Of a DNA stretch of 64,000 nt, positions 55,461 through 64,000 are shown in pieces; position 1 is the stretch's first letter; the number at the start of each line of letters is the position of its first letter. Made by a program: the position numbers and the translations under genes. Source of the stretch: a virus. Where the stretch lies: positions 34,315 through 98,314 of IMG/VR virus record IMGVR_UViG_3300032241_003073; one strand, 5' to 3'. The notes under the pieces were generated by a model. The model was not told where the DNA came from. It saw only the letters and a program-made list of their open reading frames with translations, and did no database searches.

Positions 55461-56429
55461 ATGAAAAATTTATCACAAGAAGTTATTTTTAATTTATTTA
55501 AAGATGCGGGATGCCAACTTTTAAGCGAATATAAGAAGTGCAATATTCCTTTGATTTATATTTGCAAATGCGGAAAAAAGGGGGAAATTACACTTGATAA
55601 ATTTAGAAAAAGAATTAAGAGGGGTGGTGGTTGTGCTTTTTGCGGCAAAAAAGAATGGACAAAAAATCAAGATGAATGTTTGAAAAATTTATATGGAAAA
55701 GTACCAAGAAAATTGATATTGGAATCTATTCCTGGAATGACTTATTCAGATATAAAAAATCGAGCTAATAATTTAGGACTAAAAGGAAATAGAAGATTAG
55801 TTAGCAAGCAAATAAATAAAAAAAGAAAGTATCATATAAATGATTCTTATTTTAATGTTATAAGATCAGAAGCATCATATTGGGCTGGCTTTATGGCTTC
55901 TTCTGGAATTATAAATTATAATAAAAATCAAATTTCAATAAACGTATTCCAAGAAGATCTGGTTCATTTGGAATTATTTAAAAAAACAATTGATTATAAT
56001 GGAAAAATTTATGATTTTAATGGTAAATTATCTTTGCAAATACATGGTGTGGGCGATTGGATTTTTTTGTTAGAAAATAATTATCAAATTACTACAAGAA
56101 AACATTTGCATTTAAAGCCACCATTTGATTTGGACGAATTAAACTCTATGAGTTATATAATTGGCTACATTGATGGTTGTTGTGAAATATCGCTTGATAA
56201 TGATTCAATGAAAATGTTTGGAACTATTGATGTTCTTTCTTGGATAAAGAATTGGTTTGATTATTGGTGTCCATGCGTTCAAAGAAGATATGCCGTGATA
56301 AGAATGGATAGAAATGATCGTTATTTTTATTGTTTATCTGGCAAAAGGGCTAATTATATTTTAAATAAAATGATTAATAATGATTTGCCATTCCTTGAAA
56401 GGAAATGGAAAAGAGGCAATGATAATTGA
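55461..56429 (+). CDS. LAGLIDADG endonuclease-like protein with Zn finger and HTH, degenerate motifs
   Basis: ICKCG, CAFCG, IKNRANNLGL; YWAGFMASSG and YIIGYIDGCC. Confidence 0.7.
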   Translation: MKNLSQEVIFNLFKDAGCQLLSEYKKCNIPLIYICKCGKKGEITLDKFRKRIKRGGGCAFCGKKEWTKNQDECLKNLYGKVPRKLILESIPGMTYSDIKNRANNLGLKGNRRLVSKQINKKRKYHINDSYFNVIRSEASYWAGFMASSGIINYNKNQISINVFQEDLVHLELFKKTIDYNGKIYDFNGKLSLQIHGVGDWIFLLENNYQITTRKHLHLKPPFDLDELNSMSYIIGYIDGCCEISLDNDSMKMFGTIDVLSWIKNWFDYWCPCVQRRYAVIRMDRNDRYFYCLSGKRANYILNKMINNDLPFLERKWKRGNDN

Positions 56430-56449
56430 ATATCATTGCCTCTTTTTTT
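56409..56449. terminator. bidirectional terminator
   Basis: aaaagaggcaatgata / tatcattgcctcttttt. Confidence 0.75.
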
Positions 56450-56467
56450 TCTTTTTAAAAGATAATA

Positions 56468-57127
56468 TTAAATTCTTTTAAGCATTTGTTTCTTTTCTGA
56501 TTCAACAATTCCTCCCAAGCAAGCTATCAAAGCTTCTTTGGATACTTTGGGTTTTGTTGGAATTGAAGAAGTATTATATGTTGGAACATAACTTTCTTTT
56601 TTACCAGAAAATTCTTTTTGATATGCATTATGAGTGCTTGGGTCAGCAACAGCGTCGAATGTGATTAGCTTATAGCTTTCTCCAATAACAAGAATTCCAT
56701 TTTCATCACTTCTGCCGTTTCCAACTCCACGGCTACTAATTCCAACTCTTACACCATCTGATATAAGACTTTTTAGAATTTTACCATGAGGTGTGTTAAG
56801 GATTTCTCCTTCTCCCATTAGGTTGTTTCCTTCCCACCACAATTTTGTGATAATGTGGGAACACTTTTCAAAGTGAATAATTGAATCTGTAGGATGGTCT
56901 AGTTCTCCAACTAGACCACGAGCTTCAACAATTGGAATTAGCTTTTTTAAATTTTCATCAAGAACTGTATACGGGTAAATTCTTTTGTTCTTATTGACTG
57001 CTTCAGCTTCTTGGAATTTACCTCTAAATTTAGTCAAACCTTTATCGGTTGTTGATTCATTTAGACTTAGGGTGAATCCGCTGTTGTTGCAACAGTCAAC
57101 GAATAGACTTAGTTTCTCATCATTCAT
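56468..57127 (-). CDS. prohead protease (T4 gp21-like)
   Basis: NKNKRIYP, GELDHP, TPHGKI, GISSRGVG, FDAVADPS; GGAG RBS before ATG 57127. Confidence 0.93.
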   Translation of the reverse strand: MNDEKLSLFVDCCNNSGFTLSLNESTTDKGLTKFRGKFQEAEAVNKNKRIYPYTVLDENLKKLIPIVEARGLVGELDHPTDSIIHFEKCSHIITKLWWEGNNLMGEGEILNTPHGKILKSLISDGVRVGISSRGVGNGRSDENGILVIGESYKLITFDAVADPSTHNAYQKEFSGKKESYVPTYNTSSIPTKPKVSKEALIACLGGIVESEKKQMLKRI

Positions 57128-57144
57128 TGGACTCCTTTTTAAAA

Positions 57145-58920
57145 TTAAGCTTTGGTTTCGCCCTTGGTTTTGTCCCATGGAGAAGCAGGAACATATGGAT
57201 TCTTTAGATTTGGCCAAGTGTCGCCAGATTGCCAACGACTCCAATCGCTATCGCCATCATCCACTGCTGATTTTTCTTTCATTTTGTAGTCGCCAAATGG
57301 CTTGGGAACGTATGGGTTGCTAAGTGCTGGCCATTCATCGCCATCAGAATGATTGCCCCATGCATTGCTTCTCATTTCGTCTGCCAAATTGTTTTTATAG
57401 CTTTTTCCATCAGATACTGGAGCCGAGTCGCCCCAATCTCCAGGGAATTTGGATGGCACAGCATCTCCAACTTTAGCGGCCCAAGACATACGTGGGTGAT
57501 CTCCACTTACTGTATGATGGACATTGTTATTGTTTACATCCCATGTGTCGTTTGCTCCATCTACATTAGCTTCAACAAAACTATGAATGTAAGAAGCGAT
57601 TGATTCTGCTAGTCCCAAATCAATTTCTGTTTCATAATTTAGAATTGCAGCACATTCTTGCATAAAGTTTTCAGTTTCTGATTGAGTAGCTTCATCACCA
57701 TTCTTTACAGCAACTTTTCGAACTTCATTTAATGCATTGAATAGATCAGAGAACATTTTGAAATTAGCTTGATCAGATTCATCTAGTTTGGCATAGAATC
57801 CATCAACCAATGTTTTAAACTCTTTGTAAGAATCTTCGCATTGTTTGCATTCTGCTGTTACATCAGTTGTGGCTCCTGCCAAATTTCCAATTTTACGAAC
57901 ACGATCAGTATAAGCATTGTGTGCTGTTCTTAGAATAGCTTCGGCCATAAACGAACAAACTTTATCATCATAATTTGATACGTTTGCAGTCTCTAATGCA
58001 GTGGCAATTTGCGAAGATAATTCTTCTTCTGTAGAATAAAGAACATCTGGCCAACGGCTAACAATGGCTTCAAGTGTTTCTTCGAGAGAGATATTGTCAG
58101 AAATATTGTTATATCTCTTGAGATCTGACATTGCTTTGACGAATGCTTGATCTTCAGACAATCTCTTCATTTTTCCACGTAGAACTTTAAGTTCGTGATC
58201 TAGTGTCTTCCAGTTGAAGCTTAGAATCTTGCTTTCGTTTCTCTTTTGAAGAGTTGGAACAGCAACAGCAACAACATTACCTTTGTTATCGGTACGAATA
58301 AAAGATTCAGAAAGAACTGGTCCAAATTCCTTGTAATTAATGTAATTGATTACATTTTCGCACATAACTTGCCATTCTTTGATGGTTTCAGGCTTGATTT
58401 TTTTGGCATAGAAAGCAGTTTTTGGATTTTTTCCTTTCTTGACAAATTTTTTAAGATTCTTTAGATTCTTGAGATTCTTCTTGGATTTTTTCGATGCTAG
58501 TTTTTCTGCCTTTGGCTTGGTTGCTTCGTTTACTAGCAATTCACGCCTAACGAATGGCATGGATAGATAGCTTTCAAATAGATTGCTTGCTTTTGCTTCA
58601 TTATTTTCTAATAAAGAATCAACCATATTTACCAAAACTTGACGAGCAGATTTCTTTTCGCCGCTTTCTTCAATAACTAATTGTTCAATATTTTCAAGAA
58701 CCAATTGATCCTTGTTTAGACTATAAGTAGCATGAACGAAGTTTCCATCTGGTTCTTGATAAGTAACATCAGATTCTCCATAAACAAATAGATTTAAACT
58801 ATCTTTTTCTAGAGAATTTGCCAAAACTTCTTCTGCACCAATTAACTCTTCTTGGGCTTTTGTAAGTGATCCTTCTTCGATTTTTTTGAAAGCATCGAAG
58901 CTGATTAATTTTCTTTTCAT
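57145..58920 (-). CDS. prohead core protein
   Basis: ~590 aa, in the portal-to-protease interval; many (L/I)xE sites; C-terminal WP.L.NPYVP twice. Confidence 0.6.
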   Translation of the reverse strand: MKRKLISFDAFKKIEEGSLTKAQEELIGAEEVLANSLEKDSLNLFVYGESDVTYQEPDGNFVHATYSLNKDQLVLENIEQLVIEESGEKKSARQVLVNMVDSLLENNEAKASNLFESYLSMPFVRRELLVNEATKPKAEKLASKKSKKNLKNLKNLKKFVKKGKNPKTAFYAKKIKPETIKEWQVMCENVINYINYKEFGPVLSESFIRTDNKGNVVAVAVPTLQKRNESKILSFNWKTLDHELKVLRGKMKRLSEDQAFVKAMSDLKRYNNISDNISLEETLEAIVSRWPDVLYSTEEELSSQIATALETANVSNYDDKVCSFMAEAILRTAHNAYTDRVRKIGNLAGATTDVTAECKQCEDSYKEFKTLVDGFYAKLDESDQANFKMFSDLFNALNEVRKVAVKNGDEATQSETENFMQECAAILNYETEIDLGLAESIASYIHSFVEANVDGANDTWDVNNNNVHHTVSGDHPRMSWAAKVGDAVPSKFPGDWGDSAPVSDGKSYKNNLADEMRSNAWGNHSDGDEWPALSNPYVPKPFGDYKMKEKSAVDDGDSDWSRWQSGDTWPNLKNPYVPASPWDKTKGETKA

Positions 58921-59100
58921 AATCAATTGACTCCCTGTGCTGTTGTTGAATTTTTTATTCGCAACTACTGCCTATGATGAGGTTATTTATTATAGTCAGC
59001 TTAATTTTTATTAAAGTCGGCTTATTTTTTTTAAAAAAACATAAAATGGATAAACCTCTGGTATATAGTTATGCATGTAAATATAAAAATGAGTGTAAAA

Positions 59101-59454
59101 ATGAAAACATTTCAAGATTATTTGAATGAGAACGATAATGAAGCATCATCTTCTGGGTCTGATGATGCTTATAATGCAGCAATTCAGGCATTTGAAATCG
59201 TTATGTCAAAAAACAGCAAAGCGGCGGTAAATTTTTTAAATGACATTTCTTCAACACTTCCAGAAATTAAAACAATTCTTCAAAAATATGGTTTAGATTC
59301 TTTTAAGTCTGTGAATCCTGGATATGAAAGAAAAAATGGAAGAAAAATAACGCATAAAGGATTGGGAGATTTTTCTACACACGATGTAAATGATCGTAAT
59401 GTTGATGTAATTGCAACTAATGCAGCAGACTCATATCAAAATCCAATTGGATAA
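59101..59454 (+). CDS. putative internal head protein
   Basis: MKTFQDYLNE, canonical CTS-like; start could be 59089. Confidence 0.65.
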   Translation: MKTFQDYLNENDNEASSSGSDDAYNAAIQAFEIVMSKNSKAAVNFLNDISSTLPEIKTILQKYGLDSFKSVNPGYERKNGRKITHKGLGDFSTHDVNDRNVDVIATNAADSYQNPIG

Positions 59455-59464
59455 AAATTTTATA

Positions 59465-59493
59465 TTGACAATTTATAAGTTTTATGATACATT
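59465..59493 (+). promoter_or_regulatory. sigma70-type promoter
   Basis: TTGACA-N17-TACATT. Confidence 0.55.
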
Positions 59494-59533
59494 TTATTTG
59501 GTTTCGATTTTCATTTGAAAAATGAGGTGTGTC

Positions 59534-59875
59534 ATGAAAATAGTTGCTTTTTGCTTTGCGTTTTTTATTGTAAGTGCCAATGCTTTTTCTCAGGAAAAGC
59601 CGATTGTTGAATCTTTAGGTTCAGATGGGAGAGTTCTTCGTAATCCTCCTCAAAGTCTGCCTGGACAATCATATCCTGGATATCAACCATATCCAGCTTA
59701 TTCATATCCTCAACCTTACGCATATCCTTATCAACCTTATTATCCAGCATATCCTGTATATTCTTATCCTCAACCTTACGCATATCCTGTATATCCTCAG
59801 CCGTACTATTCATATCCTCAACCTTACGCATATCCTGTATATGCATACCCACGACACTCACTCTTTTTTCGTTGA
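59534..59875 (+). CDS. exported Tyr/Pro-rich repeat protein
   Basis: GAGGT RBS; signal peptide MKIVAF...SANA; YSYPQPYAYP three times. Confidence 0.7.
   Translation: MKIVAFCFAFFIVSANAFSQEKPIVESLGSDGRVLRNPPQSLPGQSYPGYQPYPAYSYPQPYAYPYQPYYPAYPVYSYPQPYAYPVYPQPYYSYPQPYAYPVYAYPRHSLFFR
59699..59836 (+). repeat. three 30-bp coding direct repeats
   Basis: tattcWtatcctcaaccttacgcatatcct at 59699, 59759, 59807. Confidence 0.85.
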
Positions 59876-59895
59876 TTTTTAGATGATTTTAAAAT

Positions 59896-59925
59896 AAAAA
59901 ACCCCTGCTGTGTCAGGGGTTTTTT
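59896..59925. terminator. bidirectional terminator
   Basis: aaaaaacccctg / caggggtttttt. Confidence 0.8.
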
Positions 59926-59927
59926 AT

Positions 59928-60179
59928 TTATTTTGGTTTAAACCAAAATAAATTGGCTCTTTTTAATATTTCTTCAGATAGTGCGATTCCGCACATATCT
60001 CCTATTACAGAATCAATTTCGCAAAACGGGCAAATGACTGTTTTTTCTGCATCTGTATAATTTTTAATTTCTTTTACATCAAATATTTTCAAGCAATTAA
60101 AACAACCAGCATTTTTAGATTGTTCTACTAATTTTCTGTTGTGCATTGCAAGTAATGGAAATTCATTAATTCCTGTCAT
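59928..60179 (-). CDS. small Zn-ribbon protein
   Basis: GCFNCL ... ICPFCEIDSVIGD. Confidence 0.7.
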   Translation of the reverse strand: MTGINEFPLLAMHNRKLVEQSKNAGCFNCLKIFDVKEIKNYTDAEKTVICPFCEIDSVIGDMCGIALSEEILKRANLFWFKPK

Positions 60180-63100
60180 AAATCATTCCCTATGCTATAG
60201 TCGATATCTTCTATGTCTTGTTCGCTTTCATAATCCATAATTTCTAAATCATATTTTTTAATATCTTCAGAATTAGGATCTGGTATATTTATGCCCTCAG
60301 TTGACTTTGTGTTAGAAAGTTCGGGAGCATCATTTTTTTGATTTTGTGAGTTATCGGGAGCAGGCATTTGATCTGGGCTTTGAGATTCATCAGGATTTGG
60401 CATTTCATTAGGACCGCCAGATTCTGCCCCCAATTCTCCTGGATTGTTTTGCTCATCTCCAGGAACTCCAACTCCCAACAATGCTGGATTTTGAGCTAAC
60501 ACTTGTAGTTTTAGATCTTCTAGTTTTTGTAGTTTCAATCTAGCAATTAATTCATCAGCTTCGTCTTCAGAATATTTTAATATTTTTGTTATAATATCAT
60601 AGTCTGACATAATTTGGCTGCTTTTTAACGTTCCTGCATTGCTATATCTTGCAGTTGTAACTTCTGCACGAGATAATTCTCGCCAATCCGAAGGAGCAGT
60701 CATTTTAACTTTTAAGTCTTGATAACTCTCTTCTGGATATCCTCTCAATTCTAGGTGTCTTTCTAAAATTTCTAATATTCCATCTTCGAAATGACTTTGA
60801 AGACGTTCAATCATTCGAGCAAATTTAACATCTTGTGCAGAAAGAGTAATTCTTGTGGCACCTGGATCTTCATTGTTAAAATAATTTTTAGGAAAGTTTA
60901 ACGCTGTTAAGAGTTTGTTTCTAAAATAAACAGCATCATCAATTTCTCCTAAATTTTCTGCTCCTGGTAAAGTATCAATTCTTGTGTTGCTATTTGGTCG
61001 AGTTGGAAGCCATATGTCTTCATCTTGTGCTGGAGGCATCCATCTTTCTTCGACTTGATTGGCACCTGAAGACCCACGATTGCTGGTAACTTTTCTCTTG
61101 CGGAATTGATCTTTTAATCTTTCTAATAGCATTTCAGACTTAAATGGCGGTAATTGTCCGACATCTATATAAAAAACTCTACGCTCAGGAGCACGAGTGT
61201 TATGTGAGCAGCAACCATTAACCACAAAGTTGTGCGGTTTGCCATTTGCAACAGTTATATCGTAAACATGTTCAATTCCATCAGCATCTATTGACCAAAT
61301 ATTTTCATATTTTGGTAATTCACGATGACTTATAGTAATGTTCCAATTTTCGGTTTTTTTCATTACTCGATTGCCAATTTTATGGCCACCTTCACGGACT
61401 CTATGAGTTATGTGGCCACTGCACAATCCTATGCCATGCCACATTTCTTTAATATCTTCAATTAATTCTTTATTGCACAAAGAAATTGTAGAAAACCATA
61501 ATCCTTTTTTTGTATGTCTTTCGCATCCATCAGCGTCAGAAATTCCTTCTATTAAAGCTTTTCTAATTTTTTTATCTGCTTTAAATGCCCAATTAGGAAT
61601 TCTTTTTTTGTATTTATTTGGAATATATCCCATAGCAAGAAAAATTTGACAAGCAATTTTAGAAGATACAATTATTTTTCCTACAGATGAATGTGAGCTT
61701 CTCTTGTCTTTTTCAAAATAAACTTTGCCAAAATATTTTTGTAATAATTTTTTATAATAATCATTAAGTTTTTCATCTGTAGACGTTGCAAATCCTAATT
61801 GTGATCCATGTGCTATGAATCCATCTCCTAGAAAAAATCCAAATAATCTAGCAAATTCTTCATCAACTATTTTGGGAACATTTATTCTTTCTGGATTAAT
61901 TTCTCCTTTGTTGCAAACAACAACATCATCATCTTTAAGATCAAAAGCTTCTTTAATTATATTAAAATCACATTCAGGAACTGTTATTCCGTCACGATAA
62001 ATAAATTGATAAGCCTGTGAAAATAAAGAGCAACTTTGTGCCAATTTTCTTCTGTTTACATTCTTGTTTTTTTGAATTTTTTCTTTTCCTAAACTTTTGA
62101 GAGAATAGCGTTTTTCTCCAAAAAATCTTGGAATTTCTATTGGAATTGATTCTGTGTTTAACACATTTACAAATTGATCTCCTTTTTGCAGATCTTGAAG
62201 ATCTATATATTGTATAATCCCATTTCTGTTAATTAACATTGGATGTGTTTTAGTTCCACGAATTTCTATATGTTGAGATTTAACTTTTAGAATTTCTTGT
62301 TTTCCGTTGTCAATCCAGTCAACCACAGATGTCAAACTTTGTTTTCCTCCCGGAAGTACGCAATATACATTATCGCCAATTTTAATATCTTTAATTGGCA
62401 TCCATCCGTTTTCTGTTCTAACTCGACTATCTCCAGTCAAACAAAGTCTATAGACAACCATTGCATCTTCCATCATTCTTAGGCTGTGTGCAGGACCACG
62501 AGCCGGTTCTATTAGACTTTGTCCATATGGATAAAATGTTTTTCTGTCATCTCCAATTCTAAAATGTATAATTTGACTTGGCGAAAATCGAAGTGCAGTT
62601 GTTTGGTTCAATTCATTTTCATCTTGATCTGTTATTGATCCTCTTAATAGTGCTTGATAGTCTGGTCCTTCTTTGCTTTGCTGATATTCGATTAATTTTC
62701 CTTTAACTGTTTCAATTCTATACATGGTTTCAGGAGGCAACGGAACTGCTTTATAAATACCCTCTTTAGGGTTATCTGGGTTTATAACCATTTCCAAAAA
62801 TAAATCTCCAGATATGCATAAATTCTTAAAATAAGTCCATCCTTGTCGATTCATATTAAGCATTTTTCTGTTTAACAATACAAATTCAGACTCTTTCTTA
62901 ATTTCATCGTTTTCTGTATATATTTTGAATATATTGCCATTTTCATCTTTTTGACAATTGTGTAAAATTACGCTATTTGTAGCAAAACATTTGTGCTTAT
63001 CCACAGACAAATCGTAAACATCTTGTTCTGGTCCTTCTTCTACTCCTATTACTCTACGTCTATCTTCTTTTCTGTATAATTTTCTTACTTCTCTTGAAGT

Positions 63101-63934
63101 GAATCCTTCTTTTACAAGCCATCCTTCAATTGATCCCCATTTATATTCTGTTATTTTTGAAATTTGTCTGGTTCTAAGTCCAGATCCAATCATTCGAATA
63201 ATTCGATTAACTTTCTCGTGTTCCTCGGATGTTTTTCCTGTCTTCCAATCTTCTATAAATTGATGCTCGCTAATCCAACCTTTTAAAAAACTGTATAAAC
63301 GTGGGTATTGTTTGTATTTAATATTAGTTGATGCAGAAACTCTGTAAAATGGCATGAGTTCATCACCAAATTTTAATTTGCCAGTTTCTGTCCATGTTCC
63401 ATCTCTTTTAAGAACTCTATGATCATGAGTTGCTGTGAATTTTGTGCCATTATCTAAAATAATTGTTCTGGTTTTATCCTTTTTAACCAGTCTTGGTGCA
63501 TATGCCCAACCAATAGTATAATCTTTTTGCTCAAAATCATAACAATAGACTAAAAACCTCTCATCAGATTTTTTTTCTGCTAATTCTTTTATTGTAATAA
63601 ATCCTAATGGAGTCGCAATTAATGTATCTCCAGCAACACATGATTCATCTGAAAAAACTGTCATTGCCAGTTCTATTTCTGGAACATTACGCAATCTTTC
63701 ATACTCTTTATATCTCATAGAGCGATTAGAAAGCGTAGTCGTATCTATCATATCGTTTGTTTGACGATAGCTAGTTTGTCCTCCTGGACCGCCACCACCT
63801 TCAAAATCAGTACCTAATGCTTCTGGCGAAGCAATACCAGCGGTACTAAATTGCTTGGGGTCTTTAAGAGCAGATAGTGGATCTCTCTCTGTTGCATATG
63901 TAAAAAGACGAAAAAAATCACTCCATATTGGCAT
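60176..63934 (-). CDS. portal protein (T4 gp20-like) with two inteins
   Basis: PYGQSLIEPAR, MEDAMVVYR|TRAPERRVFYIDVG.LP, IDTLPGAENLGEIDD. Confidence 0.95.
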   Translation of the reverse strand: MPIWSDFFRLFTYATERDPLSALKDPKQFSTAGIASPEALGTDFEGGGGPGGQTSYRQTNDMIDTTTLSNRSMRYKEYERLRNVPEIELAMTVFSDESCVAGDTLIATPLGFITIKELAEKKSDERFLVYCYDFEQKDYTIGWAYAPRLVKKDKTRTIILDNGTKFTATHDHRVLKRDGTWTETGKLKFGDELMPFYRVSASTNIKYKQYPRLYSFLKGWISEHQFIEDWKTGKTSEEHEKVNRIIRMIGSGLRTRQISKITEYKWGSIEGWLVKEGFTSREVRKLYRKEDRRRVIGVEEGPEQDVYDLSVDKHKCFATNSVILHNCQKDENGNIFKIYTENDEIKKESEFVLLNRKMLNMNRQGWTYFKNLCISGDLFLEMVINPDNPKEGIYKAVPLPPETMYRIETVKGKLIEYQQSKEGPDYQALLRGSITDQDENELNQTTALRFSPSQIIHFRIGDDRKTFYPYGQSLIEPARGPAHSLRMMEDAMVVYRLCLTGDSRVRTENGWMPIKDIKIGDNVYCVLPGGKQSLTSVVDWIDNGKQEILKVKSQHIEIRGTKTHPMLINRNGIIQYIDLQDLQKGDQFVNVLNTESIPIEIPRFFGEKRYSLKSLGKEKIQKNKNVNRRKLAQSCSLFSQAYQFIYRDGITVPECDFNIIKEAFDLKDDDVVVCNKGEINPERINVPKIVDEEFARLFGFFLGDGFIAHGSQLGFATSTDEKLNDYYKKLLQKYFGKVYFEKDKRSSHSSVGKIIVSSKIACQIFLAMGYIPNKYKKRIPNWAFKADKKIRKALIEGISDADGCERHTKKGLWFSTISLCNKELIEDIKEMWHGIGLCSGHITHRVREGGHKIGNRVMKKTENWNITISHRELPKYENIWSIDADGIEHVYDITVANGKPHNFVVNGCCSHNTRAPERRVFYIDVGQLPPFKSEMLLERLKDQFRKRKVTSNRGSSGANQVEERWMPPAQDEDIWLPTRPNSNTRIDTLPGAENLGEIDDAVYFRNKLLTALNFPKNYFNNEDPGATRITLSAQDVKFARMIERLQSHFEDGILEILERHLELRGYPEESYQDLKVKMTAPSDWRELSRAEVTTARYSNAGTLKSSQIMSDYDIITKILKYSEDEADELIARLKLQKLEDLKLQVLAQNPALLGVGVPGDEQNNPGELGAESGGPNEMPNPDESQSPDQMPAPDNSQNQKNDAPELSNTKSTEGINIPDPNSEDIKKYDLEIMDYESEQDIEDIDYSIGNDL
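61199..62443 (-). mobile_element. intein 2 (415 aa) with LAGLIDADG homing endonuclease
   Basis: CLTGDS...TKTHP...GFFLGDG...GISDADG...VYDITV...SHN/T. Confidence 0.92.
62957..63640 (-). mobile_element. intein 1 (228 aa), no recognisable endonuclease
   Basis: CVAGDT...THDHRV...VYDLSV...LHN/C. Confidence 0.92.
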
Positions 63935-64000
63935 AATATTACCTCTTACTAATTAAATATAGTTTAATTTGTTTTTTTTTAATGAAAGATAAAATGAAGA

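Noticed and set aside
59699-59836. 30-bp repeats as a CRISPR array
   Set aside because: In-frame coding repeats with unequal 30- and 18-nt gaps that are themselves repetitive; no cas genes.
1-64000. Stop-codon reassignment
   Set aside because: Conserved genes are full length in code 11 and end in TAA, TAG and TGA.
1-64000. tRNA, rRNA, reverse transcriptase/DGR or group I intron
   Set aside because: None recognised by eye; gaps are short and conserved genes are uninterrupted except by inteins. A covariance scan is still needed.

Overview
AT-rich, gene-dense segment of a large T4-like contractile-tailed (myovirus, probably jumbo) phage genome using the standard genetic code. It holds the head module (portal with two inteins, core protein, gp21-like prohead protease, scaffold, gp23-like major capsid protein), neck and tail genes (gp13/gp14/gp15-like, sheath, two tubes, gp26-like chaperone), a gp55-like late sigma factor, homing-endonuclease-like inserts and many accessory enzymes (glycosyl- and methyltransferases, two Dam-like MTases, Thg1, NUDIX, COOH-NH2 ligase, subtilisin, LpxH-like, nucleotidyltransferase, ferritin-like). 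Main patterns read from the sequence: (1) about 20 otherwise unrelated genes, including enzymes, begin with a peptide resembling the T4 internal-protein capsid-targeting sequence, suggesting a large cargo set packaged in the head; (2) a TANATA late-promoter box lies exactly 4 nt before the ATG of seven genes, six of them in that set, implying leaderless late mRNAs; (3) a -1 slippery site would fuse the gp26-like ORF to an unannotated domain that also exists as a free-standing paralog; (4) two poly-A runs behave like slippage switches; (5) a 184-nt intergenic element is closed by ~20-bp inverted repeats; (6) several intact ORFs have lost catalytic residues. All product calls come from motif recognition by eye; no database search was run.
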